Position numbers and translations under genes: made by a program. Shown here in pieces: positions 7,081 through 18,265 of a DNA stretch of 64,000 bases. The stretch's first letter is position 1. Each line of letters begins with the position of its first letter. The stretch is from Bacillota bacterium (lineage in GTDB: Bacteria; Bacillota; Desulfotomaculia; Desulfotomaculales; VENG01), in the NCBI GenBank assembly GCA_009711705.1, contig VENG01000001.1:139889-203888 (forward strand). The letters are read 5' to 3'. A model generated the notes under the pieces. It had not been told where the DNA came from. It did not search any database and was given only the letters and a program-made list of their open reading frames with translations.

Positions 7081-8778
7081 TTAATTATAATTTCTATGTA
7101 TCCTCAAATATCTTAAAGTGTCACTAGCTATGGCTTTAAAAGAGGGGGCTGCAACCAAACCGCCATGATATATATCACCTTTGGGTTCCGCTATCATGAT
7201 AAGAATGGTAACGCGGGGGTTATTGGCCGGTGCAAAGCCTACAAATGAAGATATGTATTGCCCATTTACATAGCCACTGTCCCCCGCTACTTCAGCTGTT
7301 CCAGTTTTCCCGGCTACCCTGTACCCATCCAAATAAGCTTGCTTCCCTGTTCCGTCAGTCACAACTTTTTCCAAAATACTTCTCATTTCCTGAGACGTTT
7401 TGGCTGATATCACCTGGCGTTCTACCTTTGGTTGATATTCGTGAATTATTTCCCCACCCGAAGTAACAATCTTTTTAACCAGCTGAGGTTTCATGAGCTT
7501 TCCACCATTTGCCACTGCCGAAACCGCTTTAATGAGCTGAAGTGGAGTTACAGCTATGGATTGGCCTATAGCCTGGGTAGCGATATTTAAGTCGGTGGCC
7601 TGACTTTCAGGAATCAATATTCCGCCAGCCTCCCCCGGCAACTTAACCCCAGTAACATTTCCAAAACCAAAACCTTCAATATACTTATAAAAGCGTTCTC
7701 TACCAAGAGTTAAACCAACTTTCACAAAACCTGGATTGCATGAGTTAAGCATTATTTCTAGAAAGGTTTGACTGCCGTGTCCTCCTTGTTTCCAGGATTT
7801 AATTTTTTGACCATCCACGTCTACATAACCAGGATCAAAAAATTTACTTTCTAAGTTAGCCGATCCTTCTTCTAACGCTGCGGCGGCCGTAATGATTTTA
7901 AAAATGGAGCCAGGTTCATAGTTGTACCATATAGCAGGATTATTGTCCCAAATCTCTTCCGGCGAATCATTCCATCGATTAGGATTAAATGTAGGTTGAT
8001 TCCCCATTGCCAGTATTTCGCCTGTTTTAGGATCCATGACCAGTGCCACTGCTAGTTTGGGATTGTAAGTCTTGACAATGCTGTTTAGTTCTCGTTCAAC
8101 AAAGTACTGTATATGCTTATCCAAAGTAAGTACAATGTTATTTCCCGGGACCGGTTCCTTGTACCGGGACGTACTTCCCGGTATCTTTCTCCCTTTTGCC
8201 CCGTATTCGGCTAACATGTCACCGGCCTCTCCCTGGAGTTCCTCATCTAAACTCTTTTCGATTCCTTGCAATCCATGGTAGTCCATGCCGGTAAAACCCA
8301 GCACATGAGAGGCTGTTTGCCCATCTGGGTACAGACGTTTATTTTCCTCAATAAACCCCAGACCTTTAATCTGTAATTCTCTGATCTTTTGGGATGTTTC
8401 ATAGTCAACTTTGCGCTTAATCCAAACAAAAGATGTATTCTTATTTAATTTTTCATATAACTCTTTCTTATTCACCCCAAGTATTAAGCTTAAATCTTTG
8501 GCTGCTTGTTCAGTACTGTCAATCATATGAGGATCGGCATAAATAGAGTTCACCTTAATATTTGTGGCCAGCTTGTTTCCATTACGGTCCATTATTAGAC
8601 CGCGGCGTGATGTTAGAACTTTGCTTTTCGTGCGCATTTGAGATGCTTTTTGCTGCCAATCCCTTCCTTGAATAAGCTGTATCCAGAACAAATGACCAAT
8701 TAGTAATGTGAAAGCCAAGCAAAATATTAAGAAAACCCAAGCAATTCTCCTGGGCGACGGATTGTTTTGTTTCTGCAC
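7081..8778 (-). CDS. Class B penicillin-binding protein (FtsI/SpoVD-family transpeptidase, no PASTA domains)
   Basis: GTG start and an N-terminal TM anchor. SxxK (GSIFK), SxN (NSCN) and KTGT (GKTGTA) motifs are present. Confidence 0.9.
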   Translation of the reverse strand: MQKQNNPSPRRIAWVFLIFCLAFTLLIGHLFWIQLIQGRDWQQKASQMRTKSKVLTSRRGLIMDRNGNKLATNIKVNSIYADPHMIDSTEQAAKDLSLILGVNKKELYEKLNKNTSFVWIKRKVDYETSQKIRELQIKGLGFIEENKRLYPDGQTASHVLGFTGMDYHGLQGIEKSLDEELQGEAGDMLAEYGAKGRKIPGSTSRYKEPVPGNNIVLTLDKHIQYFVERELNSIVKTYNPKLAVALVMDPKTGEILAMGNQPTFNPNRWNDSPEEIWDNNPAIWYNYEPGSIFKIITAAAALEEGSANLESKFFDPGYVDVDGQKIKSWKQGGHGSQTFLEIMLNSCNPGFVKVGLTLGRERFYKYIEGFGFGNVTGVKLPGEAGGILIPESQATDLNIATQAIGQSIAVTPLQLIKAVSAVANGGKLMKPQLVKKIVTSGGEIIHEYQPKVERQVISAKTSQEMRSILEKVVTDGTGKQAYLDGYRVAGKTGTAEVAGDSGYVNGQYISSFVGFAPANNPRVTILIMIAEPKGDIYHGGLVAAPSFKAIASDTLRYLRIHRNYN

Positions 8779-8856
8779 AACTATTATTCCCTCAATAATA
8801 TAGTAATAATTACCATTGAATCTGAAGAATCTTAAGTAACATGCTTAATAGATAAA

Positions 8857-8955
8857 CCTAGGAAAAATAATCCTAGGTATTAATCATTATTTTAAGACCT
8901 CCAAATTACAAAACAATTTCGTATATATAACGAAATTGTTAAGATTAAAAGTTGA
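8857..8955 (-). promoter_or_regulatory. Conserved ~99-nt upstream element, copy B (partner at 3113-3210); contains TTGTAA-17-AATGAT
   Basis: ~78% identity to copy A. It starts 79 nt upstream of the PBP start codon. It includes a perfect 10-bp inverted repeat aacaatttcg/cgaaattgtt that is absent from copy A. Confidence 0.5.
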
Positions 8956-9240
8956 TATATGCCGATCAGTGTAAACTAACCCTCAAACATCTTTTCTGGT
9001 AGTTTTGACAGGGCGTTCAACTATATCCTCAATAAAATGTATTATTTTTTAAAACCCCTTGAAGCATTTATGTAAAAACTATTACTTATCAAATCTTATT
9101 GACTGGCGTAATGGAAGGGAAACTAATTACTTCATAAACGCTTAAATGTAAATAATCTCGCGGGATTTTTTTTTGAACCTACCTAAAATATAAATATTAA
9201 TTCGAACTACTATTGGATATCTTTCGGAGAGGAAATAACT

Positions 9241-9921
9241 ATGATTAAAATGGACAATCTTTCTAAAACATATGACAAAGGCGTAAAAGCCTTAAATGAT
9301 GTTACTTTGCATATTTTCAAAGGTGAATTTCTTTTTCTTGTAGGTTCCAGTGGTGCCGGAAAATCCACCATAATTAAGCTTATTAGCCGGGAAGAACTGC
9401 CAACCAGAGGCAAAGTACATTTTAACGGTAAAAATATCACCCGTTTCAATGGAAAGGAAGTTGCTAACTTGCGACGCAGAATAGGAATGGTGTTTCAGGA
9501 CTTCCGGTTAATGCCGCAAAAAAATGTCTTTGAAAATGTAGCCTTTGCTTTACAAATTGCCGGGACGAGCCGAAAGAAAATTCGTAAAGCCGTTCCGCCG
9601 GTGCTAAAAAGGGTAGGCTTAGAAAATAAAGCAGAAGTGAAACCGGCACACCTTTCCGGTGGTGAACAGCAAAGAGTCTGTATAGCCCGGGCCATAGTAA
9701 ATAACCCCCCACTAATCATTGCCGACGAACCTACGGGTAACCTGGATCCGGAAACTTCGTGGAGCATAATGGAGTTGTTTCAGGAAATTAATCATAGAGG
9801 CACCACAGTTATAGTAGCCACCCATGCTTGGGATATTGTTGATCTTATGAAGCAGCGGGTTGTCACCCTTTCGAGTGGCCGGCTTGTAAAAAATACCGAA
9901 AAGGAGGCCAGTATCCATTGA
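9241..9921 (+). CDS. ftsE: Cell-division ABC transporter ATP-binding protein FtsE
   Basis: Walker [10 protein letters not shown], signature LSGGEQQR and Walker [12 protein letters not shown]. It overlaps the downstream ftsX. Confidence 0.95.
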   Translation: MIKMDNLSKTYDKGVKALNDVTLHIFKGEFLFLVGSSGAGKSTIIKLISREELPTRGKVHFNGKNITRFNGKEVANLRRRIGMVFQDFRLMPQKNVFENVAFALQIAGTSRKKIRKAVPPVLKRVGLENKAEVKPAHLSGGEQQRVCIARAIVNNPPLIIADEPTGNLDPETSWSIMELFQEINHRGTTVIVATHAWDIVDLMKQRVVTLSSGRLVKNTEKEASIH

Positions 9922-10808
9922 ACCTCCATAACTTTGCTTACTATTGGATAGAAGCTTTTAAATCATTATATAGAAACAGCTTACTTTGCCTGGCTGCTGT
10001 CTGTACCATGATTATATCCCTTTTAATTTTAGGTAGTGCCCTATTGTTAGTGCTTAATGTAAACCAATTGACAGATCAGGTTGAATCAGGTGTTGAAATA
10101 AGTGTGTTTTTGGAAGATGATTTGTCCGGAGATGAGTTGGAAAGTCTTGGCGAGCGAATAAAATACTTGGGCGGAGTGCAAAGTGTTAATTTTATATCAC
10201 GTTACCGGGCTCTGGGGGAGCTTAAAGATAGTTTTGGCACCGAGCGTGAAGTGCTTGATGGTCTGGAAGAAAATAATACTCTGCCCAATTCATATAGAAT
10301 TAAAGCATTGTCAACTAATAGGGTGTCCAATATAGCCAGAAAAATTGAAGGCTTGGAAGGTGTGGAAAAAGTACGTTATGGCCGTGAGGTGGTAGAACAA
10401 TTAATGATTATCTCTCGCTGGGTACGTATTTCCGGCTTGGCAATAGTGGTACTTCTCGGTATTGCGGCTATTTTCCTTATCGCCACTACCATTCGCTTGT
10501 CGGTATATGCCCGTCGTCAGGAAATAGGTATCATGAAAATACTGGGGGCAACAAACTGGTTCATACGTATGCCCTTTATTTTGGAGGGAATGGTCTTGGG
10601 CATTCTAGGAGGGCTCATTGCGGCCGGAATGGTTTATTTGGGATACCATACTCTGGTAGTAAAGGTAAGTAATACTTTACCCTTTTTGGAACTAATTAGC
10701 CAGTCACAGACAATGATTAATTATACTTTGCTTGGCCTGGTGGCAATGGGCTTATCTTTGGGGATCATGGGCAGTGCAATTTCGGTTAGACGTTTCTTAA
10801 AAGTTTAG
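9918..10808 (+). CDS. ftsX: Cell-division permease-like protein FtsX
   Basis: TTG start overlaps the ftsE stop (AAGGAGG RBS). TM1, a large extracellular loop and three C-terminal TMs. Confidence 0.9.
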   Translation: MNLHNFAYYWIEAFKSLYRNSLLCLAAVCTMIISLLILGSALLLVLNVNQLTDQVESGVEISVFLEDDLSGDELESLGERIKYLGGVQSVNFISRYRALGELKDSFGTEREVLDGLEENNTLPNSYRIKALSTNRVSNIARKIEGLEGVEKVRYGREVVEQLMIISRWVRISGLAIVVLLGIAAIFLIATTIRLSVYARRQEIGIMKILGATNWFIRMPFILEGMVLGILGGLIAAGMVYLGYHTLVVKVSNTLPFLELISQSQTMINYTLLGLVAMGLSLGIMGSAISVRRFLKV

Positions 10809-10829
10809 CTTGCTAAGGGGAGAATAGAC

Positions 10830-11960
10830 ATGTTGTTCTACCGTTTGATAAAGAATATTTTTATCCTGGGGCTGGTCTTTTTAATTATGGGTGGTACCTG
10901 GGAATTAGCGTACGGCGATAACCTGGACGAGCTATTGCAACAAAAACGCAGCGAACTGGACCAAAAGCGTCAGGACATTGACCGGCAAGAGGAAACCGTA
11001 AGCGGTTATACTGCCCAGATTGCGGCTATAAATAAAGTTATTAACCAAAAAGGACGGGAAATAACGGAACTTAGTGCTCGCATGGATAAAGCACTGGTGG
11101 CCTTGCGTGTTACAGAAAAAGAGTTGCAAAAAAGCGAGGCTGAGCTTGATAGAAATGATAAGATACTTCGCAAAAGGGTTCGGGCTATGTATGAGAACGG
11201 ACCGGTAAGTTATTTGGAGGTTTTGCTAGCATCTGAAGACTTCAGCGATTTTTTAAACAGGTATGAAATGGTGAAACGAATCGTTGAACAGGATGCAGAG
11301 CTTATTGATGAGATTCAGAAGCAGCGGGATGAGCTGGAGGGCAAAAAGAAAAATCTGGAGGAAAAACGTGATAGCATTGCTACCATGCTGCAACGTCAGA
11401 GAACTGTCCAAAGTGAATTGGCATCTCGAAGTAGAGCTAGGCTTCAACTGCTAAACTCTGCCAGGAGCGACATGAATCGTCTTCAGGCTGAATTAAGCCG
11501 GTTAGAGGAAGAGGAAGAATCAATTGTACAGCGTATGGCCCGGCAAAACGGGGGGAATATGCCCCGAGTATCAGGAGAGTTTCTTTGGCCCACTCCTGGG
11601 TATACCAGTATTACATCACCCTTTGGATATCGCGTACATCCTATTTTAAAGGTTAGGAAACTACATACGGGAATGGATATAGCAGCGCCATGGGGGGCGA
11701 CGGTAGTAGCTGTCCAAAGTGGTAGAGTAATCAGCGTTACCACTATGAAAGGTTATGGTAAGGTAGTAATGATTGACCATGGTGGCAGCTTGACAACACT
11801 TTATCCCCACCTTTCCGCTCAACTTGTCAATAACGGTGAGTGGGTCACAGCGGGTCAAACTGTCGGCAAGGTAGGTAGTACAGGCTGGTCCACTGGACCC
11901 CATATGCACTTAGAAGTGCGTGAAAACGGTCAGCCGGTAAATCCTCGTAAATATTTGTAA
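10830..11960 (+). CDS. Coiled-coil M23 peptidoglycan metalloendopeptidase (EnvC/PcsB-like FtsEX partner)
   Basis: Signal/TM segment, a long coiled-coil, and C-terminal LytM motifs HTGMDIAAP and GPHMHLEV. Confidence 0.9.
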   Translation: MLFYRLIKNIFILGLVFLIMGGTWELAYGDNLDELLQQKRSELDQKRQDIDRQEETVSGYTAQIAAINKVINQKGREITELSARMDKALVALRVTEKELQKSEAELDRNDKILRKRVRAMYENGPVSYLEVLLASEDFSDFLNRYEMVKRIVEQDAELIDEIQKQRDELEGKKKNLEEKRDSIATMLQRQRTVQSELASRSRARLQLLNSARSDMNRLQAELSRLEEEEESIVQRMARQNGGNMPRVSGEFLWPTPGYTSITSPFGYRVHPILKVRKLHTGMDIAAPWGATVVAVQSGRVISVTTMKGYGKVVMIDHGGSLTTLYPHLSAQLVNNGEWVTAGQTVGKVGSTGWSTGPHMHLEVRENGQPVNPRKYL

Positions 11961-12194
11961 TATGTTTAAGAATGCAAGGAAGAGGAAGCCGTTAAGTCGC
12001 TTGCGACTAAATGCAGGCCTAATTTTAGTTTAACTTAAAACACTTGCTTAAATTTAGAAAATACCGTTAAAAAATCTAAACATGGGCGTAAATAATTTGA
12101 AAAATTTAAATGATATATTCCTTAGTAAGCATATTAGATAAATTATATGTGTAGGTACCCAAGATAATTTTAAATTACAATTGGAGGTGTTAGT

Positions 12195-12425
12195 ATGGGG
12201 TGTTGTAGTCATAATTCCGGCAAAACCGTTAACTTTAACGTAGAAGGTATGTCATGCCAGCACTGTAAAGGGGCAATTGAAAAGGCTTTAAATGAATTGG
12301 GAGTGAACAATGTTGAGGTCGATTTAGATGAAAAAAAAGTTGCTGTTAATTTTAATACGGATAAGGTAAAGGAAGACGATCTTAAAAAAGCCATTACGGA
12401 TGCAGGTTATGAAATAAAGAACTAA
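12195..12425 (+). CDS. copZ: CopZ-like heavy-metal-associated (HMA) domain metallochaperone
   Basis: 76-aa ORF with GGAGGTG RBS and the MSCQHCKGAIEKAL MxCxxC motif. It also has an N-terminal MGCCSH extension. Confidence 0.85.
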   Translation: MGCCSHNSGKTVNFNVEGMSCQHCKGAIEKALNELGVNNVEVDLDEKKVAVNFNTDKVKEDDLKKAITDAGYEIKN

Positions 12426-12484
12426 CATGGTTTTTAAAAAATGATTTTTATTACACAGAACAGGAAGGAATCCTTACTTTTCGA

Positions 12485-12522
12485 GGCTGTTGGCAAATTT
12501 TTAATGTCAACAGCCTTTTTAA
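12485..12522 (+). terminator. Intrinsic terminator after copZ
   Basis: aggctgttg...caacagcct stem followed by TTTTT. Confidence 0.65.
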
Positions 12523-12659
12523 CACTTATGCAAACTGTTCTCATGATTCGCTAGACACATTTTTACCTCAGTGTATACTCTTGTCATAATTTAGCGGCCG
12601 TTATGATATTTCTGATGTAAAGGATAACTTAATATTTTTTTTGAAAGAGGATGTTAAAA

Positions 12660-14690
12660 ATGTCCGTCATTAATTTAATGGCAAGCATTGCCAGAGAACT
12701 GATGGCTTTTAAGAAATTTTCTGCGCTGCCTGCTGCAGAAAGGGAACAAAGCGCCATACCTAAACATTCTGTTAATCACTTGGTTAGTATGGGGCCGACT
12801 TTTATAAAGTTGGGCCAAATTCTTAGCACTCGCCCCGATTTTATGCCCCCAAAGTATATTAAAGAGCTTGAGGTCTTACATGACTCTGTTCCGCCGTTTG
12901 GTTACGATCAGGTCTGTACAATTATTAAAGAACAGCTTGGGGGAGATCCTAAAGCAGTTTTCCAGTCTTTTGATAAAGAACCGGTTGCGGCAGCTTCACT
13001 GTCCCAGGTACACTTTGCAACATTAGAAGATGGGTCAGAGGTAGCTGTTAAAATCCAGCGTCCCGGAATAGAAAATAAAATAAGCAAGGACTTGGCTGTG
13101 CTTGAAACATTAGTTAACCTTATTTGCCGATTAATTCCGCGCCGCACTAAAAACTTTAATCTCCAAGCGGCCTTTAAGGAATTTAAACGATATACTAAAC
13201 AGGAACTTGACTTCACGCTGGAAGGTATGACTCTCAATCGCTTTCGTGAGAACTTTAAGGAGTGGGAGGATATTATATTTCCAGCTGTATATTGGGAATA
13301 CTCCACTAAAAAGATTCTTACCATGGAGCGGGTTTACGGCATGAAGATTAATGAGGCTCCGGATAAGCTTTCCCTGGAAAACCGTCGCAAGCTCAACCAA
13401 CGCTTAATCGAAATGGAAATGCGTATGTTTGTCTCTGATGCTTTTTTCCATGCAGATTTGCATCCCGGTAATATATTCTTTGGTATAGACGGAAGTATCG
13501 CAGTGATCGATGTGGGGATGTTTGGTGAACTCACGTCGGAACAAAGAGACCGTTTTCTACTCTACTGGCTGGCGGTATCCGATAAAGATAATAATCGTGC
13601 TTTCGATCATATAATTAAACTGCTAAAACCTACTCCTAAAGCCCAACAGGACAGCTACAAAGAAATTCTATGTACAATACTGGATGAATTTCATGCCACA
13701 ACTGTATCAGAACGTAGCTGGACCAAAACTTTTATGGAAATAATGACTCATGCGGCCAGGCACGGTTATACAGTACCCAGTGAATTGCTGTTAGAGGCTA
13801 AGGCACTGACTACTGCCGAGACATTAGCACTTACTCTTGTTCCGGACTTTAAGTTCGCCGAAACCACCAGGCCGATAATAACCAGAGAATTAGCTAAAAG
13901 GGCTAAATTCAAATACATTAGAAAACGGTTCGAAAAAACATTTCCTGAGTGGTTGATTATGGGTGAAACGCCTAGCGCGTCCATAATACCTAAAGAAACA
14001 GAGGAAAGAAACAAAGATGTATGGAACGAAGTGAAAAAAGTTTGGACAGAAGAGATTGATGAGCATCCGTACACCGCTGAGGAAGTAAAGTTTGGAGAAA
14101 ACTCCGTAATCATCAATGAAAATATAGAAAATGTCTTCAATTTTGTTACCCGGCTAGCACAATATGAGTACTGGCACCCAACCTATACAGAAAATTCCAA
14201 GGTAATCCATGTGGGAGGAGATTATATGTTCTTAACTCCCCAGGTTGTTGGATCCGTATTTCGTATAGATGAGATCGCTGACGGGTATCTGGTTATGAGT
14301 AACGGAGTGGTTACCGAATTTGAAAGAAATAAAATCTGGAAGTGGAGGGCACCATTGTCCCTACTGCCTACTATTCATATAGGTACATGTATTACCTTTG
14401 CAGACCTGGGTGATAACCGCACCCGTGTTTATGAATATTTTTATTACTTGGATAATGACCTGATGGAAATGTTTAAAAGACCATGGTTAGTATCTATGCA
14501 GGCTCTTCGCTCCCATATTGGAGAAGAACTGACAGGTGTAAAAAGAATTATTGAGAACGAAAACTACGCGGCTGAAGACTTCGAATACCTGTGGGAAAAC
14601 GTCACAGAGCCAACAAGGTTAGCGTCCAATTACCTGCGTTCAGCCGTTATTAACCCAGGACCCAGAAAGGCATTGGACCCCAGAGTGTAA
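12660..14690 (+). CDS. ABC1/UbiB-family atypical kinase fused to a C-terminal SRPBCC/START-like domain
   Basis: N-terminal ~440 aa show the ABC1 kinase pattern (AAASLSQVH, VAVKIQRPG, HADLHPGN). The C-terminal ~200 aa resemble a polyketide-cyclase/SRPBCC fold. The second ATG (12660) has better RBS spacing than 12651. Confidence 0.75.
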   Translation: MSVINLMASIARELMAFKKFSALPAAEREQSAIPKHSVNHLVSMGPTFIKLGQILSTRPDFMPPKYIKELEVLHDSVPPFGYDQVCTIIKEQLGGDPKAVFQSFDKEPVAAASLSQVHFATLEDGSEVAVKIQRPGIENKISKDLAVLETLVNLICRLIPRRTKNFNLQAAFKEFKRYTKQELDFTLEGMTLNRFRENFKEWEDIIFPAVYWEYSTKKILTMERVYGMKINEAPDKLSLENRRKLNQRLIEMEMRMFVSDAFFHADLHPGNIFFGIDGSIAVIDVGMFGELTSEQRDRFLLYWLAVSDKDNNRAFDHIIKLLKPTPKAQQDSYKEILCTILDEFHATTVSERSWTKTFMEIMTHAARHGYTVPSELLLEAKALTTAETLALTLVPDFKFAETTRPIITRELAKRAKFKYIRKRFEKTFPEWLIMGETPSASIIPKETEERNKDVWNEVKKVWTEEIDEHPYTAEEVKFGENSVIINENIENVFNFVTRLAQYEYWHPTYTENSKVIHVGGDYMFLTPQVVGSVFRIDEIADGYLVMSNGVVTEFERNKIWKWRAPLSLLPTIHIGTCITFADLGDNRTRVYEYFYYLDNDLMEMFKRPWLVSMQALRSHIGEELTGVKRIIENENYAAEDFEYLWENVTEPTRLASNYLRSAVINPGPRKALDPRV

Positions 14691-14923
14691 CAGTTTCACA
14701 TGTGTGTGTTATAAGCGGCAAATGAATCCTGGTTCGGCTACAATCTTATATAAAACAGCCTACGAGCAATGGTTATTTTTACCCTGAGCGGTAATTATTA
14801 CCGGTATGACTCTTGCATAAGTATCACTCCTTCGAGTTTTATAAGATGTATTACGCGTACCAATATTACAAAAGAAGTACTAGTCTAGATGCGGTAGATA
14901 TGTGTCAAGTGTATTATGTAAAC

Positions 14924-14949
14924 AGCGAGAAGGGGACATCCTTCTCGCT
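14924..14949 (-). terminator. Terminator-like hairpin downstream of the glycyl-radical enzyme gene
   Basis: 10-bp stem agcgagaagg/ccttctcgct with a weak U tract. Confidence 0.45.
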
Positions 14950-14976
14950 AGTCATAGTAAGGCTATGCAATTTAAT

Positions 14977-17343
14977 TTAAAAGGACTTGTGTTCAGTTCT
15001 GGCGATTATCTCATCCTGTAAAGACGGGCTGAGGTCGCAAAAATAGTCGCTATAGCCTGCCACGCGTACAATTAAATCCCTATATTTTTCAGGGTGTTCT
15101 TGTGCGCTTCTGAGGGTATCAGCATTCACAATATTGAATTGAATGTGGTGACCACCCAGTTTAAAATAAGACCTTACTAAATCACTCAAATTATTTATTC
15201 CTTCGTCACCTTCTAATACTTGTGGCGTGAATTTTTGGTTAAGAAGTGTTCCCCCGGTGCGCACATGATCCATTTTTGCTGCAGATTTTACCACTGCAGT
15301 GGGCCCATTTCTATCTGCACCCTGTACAGGTGAAATACCTTCCGAAAGGGTTTCACCTGCTTTTCTTCCATCTGGCAGAGCGCCTATAACTGAGCCAAAG
15401 TAAACATGGCAGGTTGTGGGAAGCATGTTAATCCTGTAGTTACCCCCCCTGGTGTTTTTTCTGCCGTTTACTTCCCGCCAGAATGCGGTAAACAAAGTGT
15501 TCATTACTGCATCGGCATACTCATCGTCATTGCCGTACTTAGGAGTTTTATTAATTAACAGCTGGCGTGTTTTCTCGTGTCCAGTAAAATTATTCACCAG
15601 TGCCTCTAAAAGCTCCGGCATAGGTATTTTTTGCCGGTCAAACACATGGTACTTTATGGCCGTCATGGCATCAGTAATACTGCCTATGCCCACTCCTTGG
15701 ATATAAGAAGTATCGTATCTGGCACCTCCAGCATTGTAATCTACTCCTTTGGTTATACAATCATCTACTAAAATAGATAGAAACGGTGCCGGCATATAGG
15801 AGGCATATAACTTTTCGATAATGTTATTTCCCTTGATTTTTATCTCAATAAAGTATCTTAATTGTTTTTTATAAGCAGTGATTAGTTCCTCGAAGGACTC
15901 AAATTGTGCCGGATCTCCTGTCTTTAGGCCTAATGCCTTTCCTGTCCGGGGATCTATTCCGTTATTTAAAGTGAGCTCCAATATTTTGGGCATATTAAAA
16001 TATCCGGTTAATATGTAACTCTCTTTACCGAAAGCACCTGTTTCAACACAGCCACTTGTGCCACCGGTTCTGGCATCTTCTATGGACTTACCGTAAAAAA
16101 GCTGTTCTTCTACAATGGTGTCGGCATTAAATATCGAAGGCTGTCCCCACCCCTGGCGGATTATTCTGCAAGCCCTCTTCAAGAAACGGTCAGGATTTTT
16201 TTTGCTCAGCTGAATGTTACTGCCCGGCTGCACTAATCTCATTTCGTCAATAACATCTAGAATCAAGTATGTTACATCATTAACTCCGTCAGAACCGTCT
16301 GCCCTTAAACCCCCACTGTTAATGTTGGCAAAATCGGTGTAAGTACCACTTTCTTCTGCTGTGACACCGACCTTGGGGGGTGCCGGATGGTTATTAAATT
16401 TAATCCAAAAACAATGCAATAGTTCCCTTGCCTTTTCTTTGGTTAGAGTCCCCTCTTCCAACTCTTTTTTATAAAAAGGATAGAGATGCTGGTCAAGCCT
16501 ACCCGGGCAAAAAGCATCCCAGGTGTTGAGCTCGGTAATTACGCCCAAGTGAACGAACCAGTAGGACTGCAGTGCCTCCCAAAAATTGCGGGGGGGATTA
16601 GCGGGAACATGGCTACATACATTCGTAATTTTTAACAGTTCTTCTTTTCTCTGTAGATTCTCCTCGGCTTGCGCCATTTCCCTTGCCTTTTCAGCATGGC
16701 GCTCAGCAAAGGTGATTATGGCTTGGGCGCATATATGCATAGCTTTTAACTCTTGCTTCTTTTCGTAAGCCTGGGGGTCATTAAGGAAATCGATGCCCTC
16801 TAAACTAGCCTCTATATCTTGCATGAATTGAAGGAAGCCCTTACGGTATATCTTATCATCCAGGACAGTGTGACCCGGTGCCCGCTGCTCCATAAATTCA
16901 GTGAATATGCCCGCTGCATAAGCATCCTTCCACTCATCTGACATTTCCGCAAAAATGATATCACGTATTGATTTACCCTGCCAGAAGGGTATTATCTTTT
17001 GGTCATAAATCTGTTTAGTTTCGTTATCTACAGTAAAGGAAATCTTTTCCCTTTTGTTAAGTATGTCCAGGTCCTGGAGACTGTGGCAGCACAATTCAGG
17101 GTATGTGGGTGTTGCTTTGGGGGCAGGGCCTCTTTCACCAGCAATAAGTTCATCTTTTCCTATAAAAATGTATTTATGTTCCAGTAAATACTTAAAAGAC
17201 ATTGCTCGCTGTATGGGTATAGAAAGGGGTCCTTTATCCTTGACTTCTTGATAGAAATCTGTCATCAGTTTTGCTCTTTCGCTGGAAATACGAGCTTGGG
17301 CATCAATGCTTTCCTGCCGCAGCTTTTCTACCCTGGCATTCAT
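14977..17343 (-). CDS. hypD: Glycyl-radical enzyme (PFL superfamily, 1,2-eliminase type), probable trans-4-hydroxy-L-proline dehydratase
   Basis: 788 aa with C-terminal glycyl loop RVAGYSDYF and Cys loop GGTSGCVETG (C432/E434). H158, D276 and F338 match, at a constant offset of 2, the residues I recall for C. difficile HypD (H160, D278, F340, C434, E436). The length matches as well. Confidence 0.7.
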   Translation of the reverse strand: MNARVEKLRQESIDAQARISSERAKLMTDFYQEVKDKGPLSIPIQRAMSFKYLLEHKYIFIGKDELIAGERGPAPKATPTYPELCCHSLQDLDILNKREKISFTVDNETKQIYDQKIIPFWQGKSIRDIIFAEMSDEWKDAYAAGIFTEFMEQRAPGHTVLDDKIYRKGFLQFMQDIEASLEGIDFLNDPQAYEKKQELKAMHICAQAIITFAERHAEKAREMAQAEENLQRKEELLKITNVCSHVPANPPRNFWEALQSYWFVHLGVITELNTWDAFCPGRLDQHLYPFYKKELEEGTLTKEKARELLHCFWIKFNNHPAPPKVGVTAEESGTYTDFANINSGGLRADGSDGVNDVTYLILDVIDEMRLVQPGSNIQLSKKNPDRFLKRACRIIRQGWGQPSIFNADTIVEEQLFYGKSIEDARTGGTSGCVETGAFGKESYILTGYFNMPKILELTLNNGIDPRTGKALGLKTGDPAQFESFEELITAYKKQLRYFIEIKIKGNNIIEKLYASYMPAPFLSILVDDCITKGVDYNAGGARYDTSYIQGVGIGSITDAMTAIKYHVFDRQKIPMPELLEALVNNFTGHEKTRQLLINKTPKYGNDDEYADAVMNTLFTAFWREVNGRKNTRGGNYRINMLPTTCHVYFGSVIGALPDGRKAGETLSEGISPVQGADRNGPTAVVKSAAKMDHVRTGGTLLNQKFTPQVLEGDEGINNLSDLVRSYFKLGGHHIQFNIVNADTLRSAQEHPEKYRDLIVRVAGYSDYFCDLSPSLQDEIIARTEHKSF

Positions 17344-17347
17344 ACCG

Positions 17348-18229
17348 CTAACCTCCTATTTGTACTTGTAAACCGAAATCCACTAATTGCTTTTTTACTG
17401 TTGTAATTCTTTCATTGGAAGGAGTTTTTGTCTCGCGTAGTTTGTATTCCTTATGTAATCTTTTATATTTATCAAGGCCTGTGTTATGATACGGAAGTAT
17501 ATGTACCTTCTTTATGTTTTTAAGCGATGCTAAATATTCTCCAGTTCTTTTTATGTTATTTTCATCATCGTTTATCTTTGGAATTAAAGGAAGTCTTACT
17601 ATGATGTGGTTATGTATTTGTGACAGTTCTTGTAAGTTTTTTAGAATAATATAATTTGAAACGCCGGTATACATTTTATGTTTTTCTTCGTCCATCATTT
17701 TTAAGTCATATAAGAATAAGTCTACGTGAGAAGCAATTTGAAGTAAGCTTTTAGTGTCACCAAAGCCGGTAGTGTCCACTGCGGTATGAATTTCTCTCTC
17801 TTGGCAGCATCTGAGAAGATCTAGTAAAAAGTTCCCTTGTAAAAGCGGTTCTCCACCGGAAAAGGTGACACCTCCGCTGGATTGGTCATAAAAGACAACA
17901 TCTTTTTCGATTTCCGCCAGTATGTTATCTTTGGTTACCGCTTTTCCAACCGTCTCTCGTGCCCCAGTACAACATACCTCAACACATTTCTTGCAGAGGA
18001 TACAGTCTGCTGCGGAATTTATGGCCCTAGTGGTACAAACTTCGATACAGTCACCACAACCAATACACCTATCTTCCCAAAAAAATATTTCCTGTTTGGA
18101 AGATTGGCTTTCCGGGTTGTGGCACCACAAGCAAGAAAGAGGACAGCCTTTAAAAAAAACCGTGGTACGGATTCCAGGCCCATCATGAATTGAATACCTG
18201 ATAATGTCAAAAATAATGCCGGTTTTCAA
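17348..18229 (-). CDS. Glycyl-radical enzyme activating enzyme (radical SAM)
   Basis: HDGPGIRT, a CxxxCxxC cluster (CPLSCLWCHN) and two ferredoxin-like Cys clusters. The likely TTG start at 18229 lies 6 nt after a GAGGTG RBS. The ORF itself extends to 18265. Confidence 0.9.
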   Translation of the reverse strand: MKTGIIFDIIRYSIHDGPGIRTTVFFKGCPLSCLWCHNPESQSSKQEIFFWEDRCIGCGDCIEVCTTRAINSAADCILCKKCVEVCCTGARETVGKAVTKDNILAEIEKDVVFYDQSSGGVTFSGGEPLLQGNFLLDLLRCCQEREIHTAVDTTGFGDTKSLLQIASHVDLFLYDLKMMDEEKHKMYTGVSNYIILKNLQELSQIHNHIIVRLPLIPKINDDENNIKRTGEYLASLKNIKKVHILPYHNTGLDKYKRLHKEYKLRETKTPSNERITTVKKQLVDFGLQVQIGG

Positions 18230-18265
18230 CAAATACACCTCTTTTATGCCGCATTCAAGTCTCAA

